DNA of 64,000 nt from Methanobacteriota archaeon (GTDB taxonomy: Archaea > Thermoplasmatota > Poseidoniia > MGIII > CG-Epi1). The DNA lies in assembly GCA_014240055.1 (NCBI GenBank), contig JAAZXP010000002.1, positions 10,040-74,039 on the forward strand, given 5' to 3'. This document shows, in pieces, positions 1 through 10,023 of this stretch. The stretch's first letter is position 1; each line of letters begins with the position of its first letter. The notes under the pieces were generated by a model. It saw nothing but the letters and a program-made list of their open reading frames with translations. It had not been told where the DNA came from and searched no databases. Both the position numbers and the translations under genes were made by a program.

Positions 1-73
1 TTTCATTAAATACTTGCTTAGCTACAATGCAATCTCCACAAGTAGGAGTCCCGTATACTTTTATTTTAGTCAT
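1..73 (-). CDS. glutaredoxin/NrdH-like small thiol-disulfide protein (N-terminal fragment; gene runs off the window start)
   Basis: Reverse complement of 1..73 reads ATG ACT AAA ATA AAA GTA TAC GGG ACT CCT ACT TGT GGA GAT TGC..., i.e. [24 protein letters not shown]. The bKVYG(T)xxCxxC N-terminus is typical of glutaredoxin-like proteins. Its ATG overlaps the gcvP stop (TAATG). It is absent from the ORF track because it is truncated. Confidence 0.5.
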   Translation of the reverse strand, partial: MTKIKVYGTPTCGDCIVAKQVFNE

Positions 74-2904
74 TAATTATCCTCCATGTATGTTTCTACA
101 TTAAGACATGAACATATCAAATTTCGGTCGCCCCAAGTATTATCGACTCTACCAACTGAAGGCCAGAATTTATGATTTTTTAAATAAGCTATAGGATATG
201 CAGCCAGCTCTCTTGAATAAGAATGTGACCATTCATCATTAGCAACCTCAATTGCAGTATGTGGAGCCCCTCTCAATGGATTATCATTAGAATCATCACT
301 CTCTCTAACTAAGTCTATTTCTGATCTTATTGAAATCATTGCATCACAAAATCGATCTAATTCTATCTTAGATTCCGATTCTGTAGGTTCTACCATTAAA
401 GTACTTGGAACTGGCCAAGACATCGTTGGAGCATGGTAACCATAATCCATTAATCTCTTAGCAATATCATCAATTACCAAACCTGCCTTAGACAATAATT
501 CACGAGTATCTAAAATGCATTCGTGAGCTACATTTCCAGACTTTCCTGTATATAATATTTTATAATGTTTCGACAACCGTTTAGCTATATAATTTGCATT
601 CAATATTGCAACTTTTGTCGCCTCTGTTAAGCCATCGGGCCCCATCATTGCAATATAAGCCCACGAAATTGGAAGTATACTAGAACTTCCCCAATTACTT
701 GCTGAAACTGGTCCTGTATATGAATTACTTTTGTAATCCTCTAAAGGATCTGAAGGTAAAAACTCTATTAAGTGTCTAGCAACCCCAATAGGCCCCATGC
801 CAGGCCCTCCGCCACCATGAGGTATGCAGAAGGTTTTATGTAAATTCAAGTGGCAAACGTCTGCCCCAATTTCACCAGGTTTACACAAACCTACCATCGC
901 ATTCATGTTTGCCCCATCCATGTAAACCTGCCCTCCATTAGAATGAATTATGTCGCAAACTTCACTAATAGTTTCCTCAAAAACTCCGTGTGTTGAAGGA
1001 TAAGTTATCATCATAGAAGCCAATTCAGAAGAATGTGCTTTCGCTTTGATTTTAACATCTTCTAAATCTATATTGCCTTGATCATCACATTGAATCCCTA
1101 CTACTTTCATACCAACCATTACTGCAGATGCTGGATTAGTACCGTGTGCTGATGTTGGAATTAAACAAACATTGCGATTAGTATCTCCTCTTGAATGATG
1201 ATACTCTCGAATAGCTAACATGCCTGCATATTCTCCTTGACTACCTGCATTTGGTTGTAGTGATATTGCTGCAAAACCAGTTATCTCACATAACCACTTT
1301 TCTAAATCTTCAAAGAGAGAAAGGTATCCCTTAACTTGATCAAGCGGTGCATAAGGATGTATATTGGAAAAATTAGGCCATGTTACAGCTTCCATTTCAG
1401 CTACAGCATTCAACTTCATAGTACAAGAACCCAATGGAATCATACTATTATTTAGTGATAAATCTTTTGATTCTAATCTATGAATATATCTTAACATTTC
1501 TGTTTCTGAATGATATGTATTAAAAACTGAGTTTTGGAGATATACCGTTTCACGCTTTAAAGAAGAAGGTATACTACTCTCCGAAGGTTCAATCCATTCT
1601 GAATTAAATAGATCTAAAATTATCTCAACATCTGAATTTGTAGTTTCTTCATCAATAGAAATCCCTATAGAATCCCCATAATCCCATAAATTCATATCAA
1701 AATCTAATGCTTTTTTCATAATATTAAAATCTTTTTTCTTAACTTTTATCGTATCAAAGAAGGCATCGGATTTTATCTGATAACCGCTTGATTTCAAACT
1801 GGACGATAAACCAGACGCGAGATAATTAACTCTTTCAGCAATTTTTCTTAATTTATTAGGGCCGTGATATACTGCATACATTGAAGCCATAATGGCTAAA
1901 AGAACCTGAGCAGTACAAATATTGCTTGTAGCTCTATCTCTACGTATGTGTTGCTCACGTGTTTGTAATGCCAAGCGTAGAGCATCGTTGCCATGCTTAT
2001 CTTTTGAAACCCCTATTAACCTTCCTGGCAAATAACGTTTGTACTTTTTCAATGTCGCCATAAAAGCAGCATGAGGACCTCCAAAACCCATTGGAACTCC
2101 GAAACGTTGAGAATTGCCTATTACTATGTCTGCACCCCACTCGCCAGGAGGCTTGAGGAGGCAAAGCGAAAGTAAATCAGTTGAAGTTATGGTTACTGCT
2201 CCGATATTTTTGGACTTACTAATGGTTTCTGAATAATCTTCAATGGAACCATCAATTGCAGGATATTGGAGTAAAATCCCAAAAACATCTTCAGTAAAAT
2301 CAAATTCCGAATGTGAAGAAACTAAAACTTTAATATTGAGAGGTTCAGCCCTAGTTTTTATTACATTAATTGTTTGAATATTAACTAAATCTGAGACGAG
2401 AAATGTAGAACGCTTACCTCTTAATAAATTACAAGCCATACTCATGGCTTCAGCTGCAGCAGTAGCTTCATCCAAAAGAGAAGCATTCGCAATTTCCATA
2501 CCAGTCAGATCAGACACCATCGTCTGGAAATTCAATAAAGCTTCTAGTCGACCTTGGGCAATCTCCGCTTGATAAGGCGTATACTGAGTATACCATCCTG
2601 GATTTTCTAAAATATTACGCTTAATTACAAGAGGTGTTTTTGTACCGAAATAACCATGGCCTAGAAAATTTTTATTAACTCTATTAATAGACGCAAGCGA
2701 ATTCAATTTGATAAGTGCTTCAGACTCTGAAATTGCCAGAGGTATATCCATATTATTTTGAGAAATTATAGTACTTGGAATTATCGAATTTGAAAAATCA
2801 GAAAGATTATTAAAACCAAGATAAGTCAACATTTCATTAATATCCACCGACGATGGACCTATGTGTCGATTAAGAAATCTGTCAGGATGAATTGATTCTT
2901 TCAT
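73..2904 (-). CDS. gcvP: glycine dehydrogenase (decarboxylating), single-chain P-protein of the glycine cleavage system
   Basis: The 943-aa ORF has full-length P-protein architecture (N- and C-terminal PLP-fold halves) and characteristic segments such as GMMGPDGL and HLNLHKTF. Confidence 0.9.
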   Translation of the reverse strand: MKESIHPDRFLNRHIGPSSVDINEMLTYLGFNNLSDFSNSIIPSTIISQNNMDIPLAISESEALIKLNSLASINRVNKNFLGHGYFGTKTPLVIKRNILENPGWYTQYTPYQAEIAQGRLEALLNFQTMVSDLTGMEIANASLLDEATAAAEAMSMACNLLRGKRSTFLVSDLVNIQTINVIKTRAEPLNIKVLVSSHSEFDFTEDVFGILLQYPAIDGSIEDYSETISKSKNIGAVTITSTDLLSLCLLKPPGEWGADIVIGNSQRFGVPMGFGGPHAAFMATLKKYKRYLPGRLIGVSKDKHGNDALRLALQTREQHIRRDRATSNICTAQVLLAIMASMYAVYHGPNKLRKIAERVNYLASGLSSSLKSSGYQIKSDAFFDTIKVKKKDFNIMKKALDFDMNLWDYGDSIGISIDEETTNSDVEIILDLFNSEWIEPSESSIPSSLKRETVYLQNSVFNTYHSETEMLRYIHRLESKDLSLNNSMIPLGSCTMKLNAVAEMEAVTWPNFSNIHPYAPLDQVKGYLSLFEDLEKWLCEITGFAAISLQPNAGSQGEYAGMLAIREYHHSRGDTNRNVCLIPTSAHGTNPASAVMVGMKVVGIQCDDQGNIDLEDVKIKAKAHSSELASMMITYPSTHGVFEETISEVCDIIHSNGGQVYMDGANMNAMVGLCKPGEIGADVCHLNLHKTFCIPHGGGGPGMGPIGVARHLIEFLPSDPLEDYKSNSYTGPVSASNWGSSSILPISWAYIAMMGPDGLTEATKVAILNANYIAKRLSKHYKILYTGKSGNVAHECILDTRELLSKAGLVIDDIAKRLMDYGYHAPTMSWPVPSTLMVEPTESESKIELDRFCDAMISIRSEIDLVRESDDSNDNPLRGAPHTAIEVANDEWSHSYSRELAAYPIAYLKNHKFWPSVGRVDNTWGDRNLICSCLNVETYMEDN

Positions 2905-3004
2905 GAATAAATATTAGGTTGTATAACGAATGGTGATTATGAGTGTTTGGTTAGTTTTTAGGCATCAGTTCTATTTATTTGCCCATTGCTAAGTAGTTAT
3001 TTCC

Positions 3005-3439
3005 ATGGTAATGGACGCCGTTAGGCTTTTCACCGTGGATGAGGCTAATAGTTTGTTAGGTTTGATAGCCCCTATGCTAAATGATCTTTCTGAATATTCT
3101 GTACGCCAAGAAATGTTGGAAGAACAACTTGAAGAAATTATGGAAGAAGTGCGTGATGATTATAGGGCTGCATTGAAACCAGGCTGGGAAGAACTCCAAC
3201 TAGAACTTGAAAATAATACCAATCTCGTAAATAATTTAACTATGGAATTAGGAAAATTAGGCATTGAAGTAGATGAACCAACACTAGGTATAGTCAATTT
3301 TAACTCTCTGAGAGGAATTGAAACTGTCTTTCTTTCATATAAATTAGGTGAAAACCATGTGAATCATTGGCATCATTTGGATGAACAATACGAATGTAGA
3401 AGAATTATGGAAAGAGAACTAGATATTATTACTCAATAA
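3005..3439 (+). CDS. hypothetical protein (acidic, helical, no signal peptide)
   Basis: 144-aa ORF with a clean intergenic gap upstream. No motif I can name with confidence. Confidence 0.35.
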   Translation: MVMDAVRLFTVDEANSLLGLIAPMLNDLSEYSVRQEMLEEQLEEIMEEVRDDYRAALKPGWEELQLELENNTNLVNNLTMELGKLGIEVDEPTLGIVNFNSLRGIETVFLSYKLGENHVNHWHHLDEQYECRRIMERELDIITQ

Positions 3440-3455
3440 AACCTTTTGAAGTGGG

Positions 3456-3767
3456 TTGAAATATGAAATTATGCTTAAAGCAAAAAAGATAACCGTTTTT
3501 ATGCCCGCTGAAGGTGAAACGGAAACATTTGATAATGTTGAATTTCAGTCTAATCCAGAAGTAAATATTCTTGCAATATTTACCAATAAAGGTAAAGAAT
3601 CCATAATGTTTTCAGGTTTAAGTTTTAAAGTGGAAATGGGTGAAAATGATGCCAAAGAATCTTATGACATCGCACAGAAAGCTCACTCTATGTCCAAAGA
3701 ACAAATGAAGATGATGTTAGAAAGAGAAAATGGCCCTAGTGACCGATTTACCTCTTCATTTGGATAA
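3456..3767 (+). CDS. hypothetical small protein
   Basis: 103-aa ORF with a TTG start at 3456 (alternative ATG at 3471). Its stop abuts the start of the next gene (TAAATG), suggesting co-transcription. Confidence 0.3.
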   Translation: MKYEIMLKAKKITVFMPAEGETETFDNVEFQSNPEVNILAIFTNKGKESIMFSGLSFKVEMGENDAKESYDIAQKAHSMSKEQMKMMLERENGPSDRFTSSFG

Positions 3768-4412
3768 ATGGCAAATATCAAACTAGTAGTTTTTGATATG
3801 GATGGTACATTATTACAGCCACGTTCCTGTTGGGCTTACATACATGACCACTTTGGTACTGATAATACTGAAATGCTAAATCTATATATCCAAAAAAAAA
3901 TAAGCGATCAGGAATTTGTAAAAGCTGATGTTAAACAATGGGAAGATAATAGCAAAAGAATAGTTAATGAAAAATACATAAATGAAATACTTGATGAAAT
4001 TAAGCCAATCAAAGGCGCTGAAGAACTAGTTTCTGAACTACACCAGAATAATATAGAAACTATTTTTTTGAGTGGTGGAATAACTTTCCTTGCTGAAAAA
4101 TGGGCTAAGAAATGGAATATGAAAAAACCTCTAGCCAATAATCTTATCGATGGTGAAGATGGACACTTAATAGTGGAAGTAAATGCAAGCGGACATGCAA
4201 AAGGAGCTGTTATGGATAAATTATTGAAGCAATCAAACTTGAGAAAAGAGCAGGTAGCTGCCATCGGAGATACAACCGTAGATTTGCCTATGTTTGAGAG
4301 GGCTGGATTATCCGTTGCTGTCAATACCGATGACAAACGCGTAATTGAAAAAGCAGATTACCATTTAAAAGGCGATATAAGAGAACTTCAAAATCTAATT
4401 ATAAACTGGTAA
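3768..4412 (+). CDS. HAD-superfamily hydrolase, phosphoserine phosphatase-like (HAD-IB)
   Basis: Motif I DMDGTLL (DxDGT), a conserved S/T and K, and motif IV GDTTVD followed by a C-terminal lid. Length of 214 aa fits SerB-type phosphatases. Confidence 0.65.
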   Translation: MANIKLVVFDMDGTLLQPRSCWAYIHDHFGTDNTEMLNLYIQKKISDQEFVKADVKQWEDNSKRIVNEKYINEILDEIKPIKGAEELVSELHQNNIETIFLSGGITFLAEKWAKKWNMKKPLANNLIDGEDGHLIVEVNASGHAKGAVMDKLLKQSNLRKEQVAAIGDTTVDLPMFERAGLSVAVNTDDKRVIEKADYHLKGDIRELQNLIINW

Positions 4413-4424
4413 TAAACTATAATT

Positions 4425-7400
4425 ATGTGTTGTTTATACATGCCTATGGTTATTCGACATCGTCTCGCATTTCTGGTTATTATTTTTATAACTTTTGCAA
4501 TTATTGGTCAAGTTAAAGCTGAAGACGCTGAAATCAATATCTCTTCAATAAAATATACCAATGACTTAGAAAATGGAGAACTGGTAACTCTTGTATCTAG
4601 CGGAAAAGATAATGCTACAAGTTATAAATATAAATTATATGATGACGATGACGATGATTGTGACACTCAATCATGCCTTCCAGTAAACTGGTATGCATCA
4701 GATTATGATGATTCTGATTGGAATATTAACGCCACTCCCTTTGGTAATGATGAACTTAATGGTCTAGAACCTAATACAATTTGGCAAACTGAAGATGGAT
4801 TAGGTGATTATTTAGTAATCCGCCATTATTTTACATATGAAAAACCTGAAGAAGTTCTAAGCGCAACACTTAGTATTGCTCATAATAATTATTACATGGC
4901 TTATCTTAATGGAAATTTAATCAGAGATTGCTCATGGTACCAAAATCATGATGGATGCTATGAAGGAGATGCTGATTATTGGAATAATGTGCTAACATAT
5001 GACGGAAATCAATACTCAGGACCTAATCCAGATTGGCTTATAGACGGTGAAAATGTTCTTGTTATTCTTGGAATAGACATAACCTGGGGAGGCGATACTG
5101 ATCAATGGTTAGATGTTGAACTGGCAATTAATGTACCTTCTTGGAAAAATACACCAATTATTCTTGGGGACGAATTAGTGTTGCGTATTGATTATTTTAA
5201 CTATGGCGAAAATAATGAAACTAATGTGACTATTAGTTTAGATATTGATGGAATCTTTTTTTCTAATAAAACAATAGATATAGAGAAAAACCAAACCTAT
5301 CAATGGCTAGTTGATTGGACACCTGAGAGATTAGGAGATATCAATGTAACTGCCAAAGTTCTTAACACAACGCTCACACGATCTATACATATCGGCTATT
5401 ATGCATATAGTATTGATTTTTTAAAAATACATAAAACATCAAATATTGATGAAACGGTAACATTTCAATTCAATATAACCAATGATGGTGATGTGAACGA
5501 TAATTTTACATTTTATTTGTATAATATTCCAAATGATTGGGATTACACGTTTTCACCAAATATTGCTTCTTTATCACCAAATGAATCAATGGATGTAAAA
5601 CTTAACATAACTACTAGCGATACTGCTCAGGCTGGAAATTACTCAATATTTCCAACTATAATATCACAATACTATTCTCAAACCATTAACACATTAATCC
5701 ATTCAGGGTCTAGTAATTCAACTGAATATCATTATGCAATATGGAATGGAAGTGATTTCCCAGATGATTTTTATGAAATAAACTATAATGATTCTATGTG
5801 GGAAGTCGGAGCTGCACCATTTGGGAACGATGAACTTAGAGGTATTGAACCTAATACATTATGGCAAACTGACGATACGAATTATACCTATATTACGGCT
5901 AGGCACTGGCTTAACTATACTGGAAGTTTAGATTTTAGTGAACTACGAATAAAAATTGCCCATGATGATTACTATAAAGTCTATCTTAATGAAAAATTGA
6001 TAAGGGATTGCTTCAGCGGATGGGGATGCGGAGGAGATGGACGTTATTGGGAAGATACAATTACTATCAACAGTTCTTGGTTAAATAATGGAAATAATTT
6101 AATTGCAATAGCTGCAAGAGACTCAACACAAGGTTGGGGTGGAAGCGGAGGTGGTGATGGACGACAATGGTTAGACATGGAACTTGAAACTTCCAATTTA
6201 AGATCTAAATTATGGGATTTTCAAGAAATATACAATGAGCTTACAGTATCTGTAAATGAAACATATAATATGGAATTATTAATTCCAATCTCAAATAAAG
6301 ACATTTCTGAAGAACAATATACTTTCACGATTTGGGCAATTAATACTGGAAATGTCAAAGATACTTACGATATCACAATTTCTTTAAATGATACGAGTAA
6401 TTTTACCATAATAAGCTATAATTCAGTATTGGAAATACCATACGGCCAAGATAGAGACATTGAACTAAAAATAGCCCTAAGTGATAGTATAAGTAAATTT
6501 TCAATCGGATCTTTTAACGTAAACATAGTCTCCCGAAATTCAACTGAAGAACTTTCGGATAGTGCAATTATTAGTGCAAAAATGTACGTTATTCCAGATA
6601 CCTTATCTCCCGGGACATATACCGAATCTCCTGAATTAGTTAATAATTCTTCTTTTGAAGTCAATTGGTATGTTCATGACTGGTACAAAACAAATGAAAT
6701 AATGGGGAATGATACAAAATATTTCCTAATAGAATACATGACAGATAATGGAACTAATGGTGAAGTTTGGGGAGATTGGATACTTTGGAATAACTTTTCT
6801 AAAGATATTGACTCCGCAATATTCCCATATGGGATTGACGGATATCAATACCGTTTTAGATCCATAGGTGGAGATAATGAAGGCCTTGTAGAAAATAAAG
6901 AAGATAAATATGATAGTCAAACATTAGTTGACTTGTCTGCCCCTTATGCTGACGTATCTCTAAGACTATCAACCAATATAACTAATTTAGACTATATCGA
7001 AATTGAGTGGAATGTAGAACATCCAAACATTACTGGCTATAATATAGAATATCGTTATGATTACGGCCCAATATGGATAAGTATAGAAGAAAATACTCTC
7101 GCAAAATGGGTAGGTTTCAATATACCTATTGATGGAATATACGAATTTAGAGTTTTGACGTATGATGAAGCAGGTAATGAAGGCATTTCAGATCTGACTG
7201 ATATTTTAACTATAGATACTATAGCTCCAAATACAAAACTCATAAATCTTCCAGAATTAATTAGCTCATACTCAATTATTATAGACATAGAAAATTTAGA
7301 AGATACTGTAAATTTAAGTTTATATTATGCATTATCTAAAGAAGGGGAAGAGATATTTCCATTGGAATGGACCCTATATGGAGAATATAAAACCAGTGAT

Positions 7401-8111
7401 TTACCTGTATCTATTAACACCGTTGATGGAAATCATTATTACTTTAAAATCGTAGCTTATGACTTAGTGGGAAATCACGTTCTTAACGAAAGTTATGAAG
7501 AATTTATTGTAGATCAACAAATACCTAAGAATATCAGAAATCTAGAAATAAAAGATACGAAAGAAATTGACAATGGCACTACGTCCATTTCAATTACATT
7601 TCAATCATCTCAATCCCAAGATTTGACTGGGTACCGAATTTATCGTTCAATAAACCAAAATGAAACTGGAGAAATAATCGGATATTTAGAAGCTGGAGAT
7701 ACTTATCTGTCTTACAGAGACCCAAATGTTAAGCTTGGATTTGAATACTATTATTCTGTAGTAGCCGTAGATCGAATGGAGTTTGAATCTGAACCTGAAA
7801 TGGAATCTATAAGTCTTAAAAGTGAAAATATCGAAACTGTAATTGAAAATGATGAAGACAATAATAGCTTTATCTATATTGGGGGTGGAATCGTAGGTTT
7901 AGCTGCCTTAGGTGCTGGATATTATGTATTTAGTAATAAAGGAATGAATGGGGAAATATTGTCTTCGGTTGCAGAAGTAGTCGATGAAGCTGATACTGGA
8001 ACTTCAAAATTTACTGAAATAGATGGCGAATTATTGTGTAGTGCCTGTGGATCTATGTTTGGAATTTCAGAAGAGAAGGTTTGTCCATCCTGTGGCGTAT
8101 TTGATGAATAG
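4425..8111 (+). CDS. giant cell-surface glycoprotein
   Basis: 1228-aa ORF with an N-terminal signal peptide (hydrophobic FLVIIFITFAIIGQVKA), a hydrophobic TM helix near the C-terminus (IYIGGGIVGLAALGAGYYVFS) and a C-terminal CxxC...CPxCG zinc ribbon. It carries dozens of N-x-S/T sequons and an acidic run DDDDDDCD. Two copies of a ~150-aa module are present (WxxxAxPFGNDELxGxEPNTxWQT...AHxxYYxxYLNxxLIRDC). The second half shows periodic beta-strand-like repeats. Confidence 0.7.
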   Translation: MCCLYMPMVIRHRLAFLVIIFITFAIIGQVKAEDAEINISSIKYTNDLENGELVTLVSSGKDNATSYKYKLYDDDDDDCDTQSCLPVNWYASDYDDSDWNINATPFGNDELNGLEPNTIWQTEDGLGDYLVIRHYFTYEKPEEVLSATLSIAHNNYYMAYLNGNLIRDCSWYQNHDGCYEGDADYWNNVLTYDGNQYSGPNPDWLIDGENVLVILGIDITWGGDTDQWLDVELAINVPSWKNTPIILGDELVLRIDYFNYGENNETNVTISLDIDGIFFSNKTIDIEKNQTYQWLVDWTPERLGDINVTAKVLNTTLTRSIHIGYYAYSIDFLKIHKTSNIDETVTFQFNITNDGDVNDNFTFYLYNIPNDWDYTFSPNIASLSPNESMDVKLNITTSDTAQAGNYSIFPTIISQYYSQTINTLIHSGSSNSTEYHYAIWNGSDFPDDFYEINYNDSMWEVGAAPFGNDELRGIEPNTLWQTDDTNYTYITARHWLNYTGSLDFSELRIKIAHDDYYKVYLNEKLIRDCFSGWGCGGDGRYWEDTITINSSWLNNGNNLIAIAARDSTQGWGGSGGGDGRQWLDMELETSNLRSKLWDFQEIYNELTVSVNETYNMELLIPISNKDISEEQYTFTIWAINTGNVKDTYDITISLNDTSNFTIISYNSVLEIPYGQDRDIELKIALSDSISKFSIGSFNVNIVSRNSTEELSDSAIISAKMYVIPDTLSPGTYTESPELVNNSSFEVNWYVHDWYKTNEIMGNDTKYFLIEYMTDNGTNGEVWGDWILWNNFSKDIDSAIFPYGIDGYQYRFRSIGGDNEGLVENKEDKYDSQTLVDLSAPYADVSLRLSTNITNLDYIEIEWNVEHPNITGYNIEYRYDYGPIWISIEENTLAKWVGFNIPIDGIYEFRVLTYDEAGNEGISDLTDILTIDTIAPNTKLINLPELISSYSIIIDIENLEDTVNLSLYYALSKEGEEIFPLEWTLYGEYKTSDLPVSINTVDGNHYYFKIVAYDLVGNHVLNESYEEFIVDQQIPKNIRNLEIKDTKEIDNGTTSISITFQSSQSQDLTGYRIYRSINQNETGEIIGYLEAGDTYLSYRDPNVKLGFEYYYSVVAVDRMEFESEPEMESISLKSENIETVIENDEDNNSFIYIGGGIVGLAALGAGYYVFSNKGMNGEILSSVAEVVDEADTGTSKFTEIDGELLCSACGSMFGISEEKVCPSCGVFDE
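4677..5130. repeat. intragenic duplicated module, copy 1 (beta-sandwich/lectin-like, contains the PFGNDEL...EPNT.WQT motif)
   Basis: DNA at 4741-4800 matches 5821-5880 at about 80% identity. The conserved P codons sit at 4737 and 5817, exactly 1080 nt (360 aa) apart. Confidence 0.55.
5757..6225. repeat. intragenic duplicated module, copy 2
   Basis: See copy 1. The protein segments WEVGAAPFGNDELRGIEPNTLWQTDD...IAHDDYYKVYLNEKLIRDCF align to copy 1. Confidence 0.55.
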
Positions 8112-8147
8112 AACAAAACTTCAATATAAGAGGCCTCATAGAATATT

Positions 8148-8921
8148 ATGACTAATGTCTTGATAGAAAGAAAAGACAACATTGGGATTGTTACCGTTAA
8201 TCGTCCTGAACAGATGAATAGCCTTAATTCAGTAACAAGAAAGGAAATGGCTGAAGCTTTCACCGAACTTGGAGATGATTCGGAAATTTTAGTTATTATC
8301 TTAACTGGGGCACCTGGAAAAGCTTTCATTGCTGGTGCAGACATTAAAGAATTCTTAAAGCTTAATCTAAAAACTGAAAAGGAACTCAAAAATGATTGGC
8401 TCGTAACCGAAGTAATTGAAAATCTAAAAAAACCAGTAATAGCAATGATAGATGGATTTTGCTTAGGTGGAGGATTGGAAATTGCTATGTCTTGTGATTT
8501 AAGGGTAGCTAGTGATCGGACAAAGTTAGGACAACCCGAAATAAATATTGGAATCATACCTGGGGCTGGTGGAACTCAAAGGCTTACCAGATTAGTTGGT
8601 GAAGGACGAGCAATGGAGATGATTCTAACTGGGAGAATGGTAAAAGCTGAAGAAGGATTACAATATGGAATTTTAAATTTTATCTTTACTCATGATGAAT
8701 TAGAAGAGAAAACAATGGAAATGGCAAAAAAAATTACTGAGAAATCACCTTATGCCATTGAAAGGGCAAAACAGAGTGTAAAATCAGTATCAAATATGAA
8801 TCTCAGAGAAGGTTTGAAATTTGAACGTGAAATGTTTCTAGAATGCTTTACCTCAGACGATGGAAAAGAAGGCATAACTGCATTTATAGAAAAAAGGAAA
8901 GCTAACTTTAAAGGGAAATAA
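8148..8921 (+). CDS. enoyl-CoA hydratase/isomerase (crotonase family)
   Basis: Crotonase signatures AGADIKEF and GFCLGGGLEIAMSCDLRVA in a 257-aa ORF. Confidence 0.8.
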   Translation: MTNVLIERKDNIGIVTVNRPEQMNSLNSVTRKEMAEAFTELGDDSEILVIILTGAPGKAFIAGADIKEFLKLNLKTEKELKNDWLVTEVIENLKKPVIAMIDGFCLGGGLEIAMSCDLRVASDRTKLGQPEINIGIIPGAGGTQRLTRLVGEGRAMEMILTGRMVKAEEGLQYGILNFIFTHDELEEKTMEMAKKITEKSPYAIERAKQSVKSVSNMNLREGLKFEREMFLECFTSDDGKEGITAFIEKRKANFKGK

Positions 8922-8932
8922 TAGGTGAAATA

Positions 8933-9553
8933 TTGAAGTTATCTGATAAAGTTGAGTTTGTAACTTCAACATTAGAAAAACTATATCCTAAAACCGATAT
9001 TCCTTTAAATCACGAAAATAATTTTACTTTTCTCGTAGCAGTTATGCTTAGTGCTCAAAGTACTGATAAAAAAGTAAATGAAATAACACCAAAATTATTT
9101 GAAATTGCCAATACAGCTAAAAAAATGAATCTTTTGAGTGCTGATAAAATTAAAGATTATATTAGAGAGATTGGACTTGCTCCAACTAAATCCAAAAATA
9201 TAAAAAAGATGTCCCAACAGTTATTATTGCTACATAACGGAGAAGTGCCTAAGAGTTTTGAAGAATTAGAAAATTTAGCAGGAGTAGGACATAAAACGGC
9301 ATCAGTAATTATGTCTCAAGCTTTCAACGAACCTGCATTTCCAGTAGATACGCACATTCACAGATTAGCATTTCGTTGGAAACTATCAAGTGGAAAGAAT
9401 GTAATTACAACTGAAAAAGATTTGAAACGAAAGTTTGATAGAAGCCTATGGAACAAACTACATTTACAAATGATATTTTACGGAAGAGAATGGTGTCAAG
9501 CACGAAAAAAAGAATGTGCATGCCAAATATGTCATAAAATTAAAACCTCGTAG
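8933..9553 (+). CDS. nth: endonuclease III (HhH-GPD DNA glycosylase/AP lyase with FeS cluster)
   Basis: HhH motif LAGVGHKTASVIM and a C-terminal Cys cluster CQARKKECACQICH. TTG start. Confidence 0.75.
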   Translation: MKLSDKVEFVTSTLEKLYPKTDIPLNHENNFTFLVAVMLSAQSTDKKVNEITPKLFEIANTAKKMNLLSADKIKDYIREIGLAPTKSKNIKKMSQQLLLLHNGEVPKSFEELENLAGVGHKTASVIMSQAFNEPAFPVDTHIHRLAFRWKLSSGKNVITTEKDLKRKFDRSLWNKLHLQMIFYGREWCQARKKECACQICHKIKTS

Positions 9554-9588
9554 ATAGCTATATTGGGACCCTTACTGAGTAATCATTA

Positions 9589-10023
9589 ATGGCTGATTGG
9601 AATGAACGTTTCTTAAATCTTGCAACTCATATTTCACAATGGAGTAAGGATCCTTCAACAAAGGTAGGGTGTGTTGTTGTAGGACCTGATCATGAAATCA
9701 GAAGTACTGGATTCAATGGATTGCCGAGAGGAATTGAAGATAAGGATGAAAGATTGAATAATCGGGAAATTAAATATCCAATGATTTGTCATGCTGAAGA
9801 AAATGCAATTATGCATGCTGCTCGAATTGGAATATCTTTGAAAGAATGTACAGCATATGTTACCTGGCCTCCATGTACAAGATGTGCAAGATCGTTGATT
9901 CAGGCCGGTATTCTAACAGTTATATATCCGAAAAATACAGAAATACCAGATAGATGGGCCTCAGATTTTGAATTATCTATGGATATGTTTAAAGAAGCTG
10001 GAATTGAACTAAAGACTGCTTAA
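9589..10023 (+). CDS. dCMP/cytidine deaminase family protein
   Basis: Zinc-binding motifs CHAEENAI and PCTRCA in a 144-aa ORF. Confidence 0.75.
   Translation: MADWNERFLNLATHISQWSKDPSTKVGCVVVGPDHEIRSTGFNGLPRGIEDKDERLNNREIKYPMICHAEENAIMHAARIGISLKECTAYVTWPPCTRCARSLIQAGILTVIYPKNTEIPDRWASDFELSMDMFKEAGIELKTA

Noticed and set aside
3908-4336. 142-aa ORF antisense to the HAD phosphatase gene. Similar antisense or embedded ORFs occur at 6416..6664, 6726..6920, 7061..7288, 7922..8557, 12715..12939, 13102..13503, 17597..17896, 23053..23460, 32732..33148, 35031..35399, 38485..38730, 42606..42926, 43006..43281, 52425..52736 and 55328..55708.
   Set aside because: All lie wholly inside well-supported genes on the opposite strand or in another frame. 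They have low-complexity, Ser/Leu/Ile-rich composition typical of antisense translation of AT-rich coding DNA, and none has a recognisable motif.
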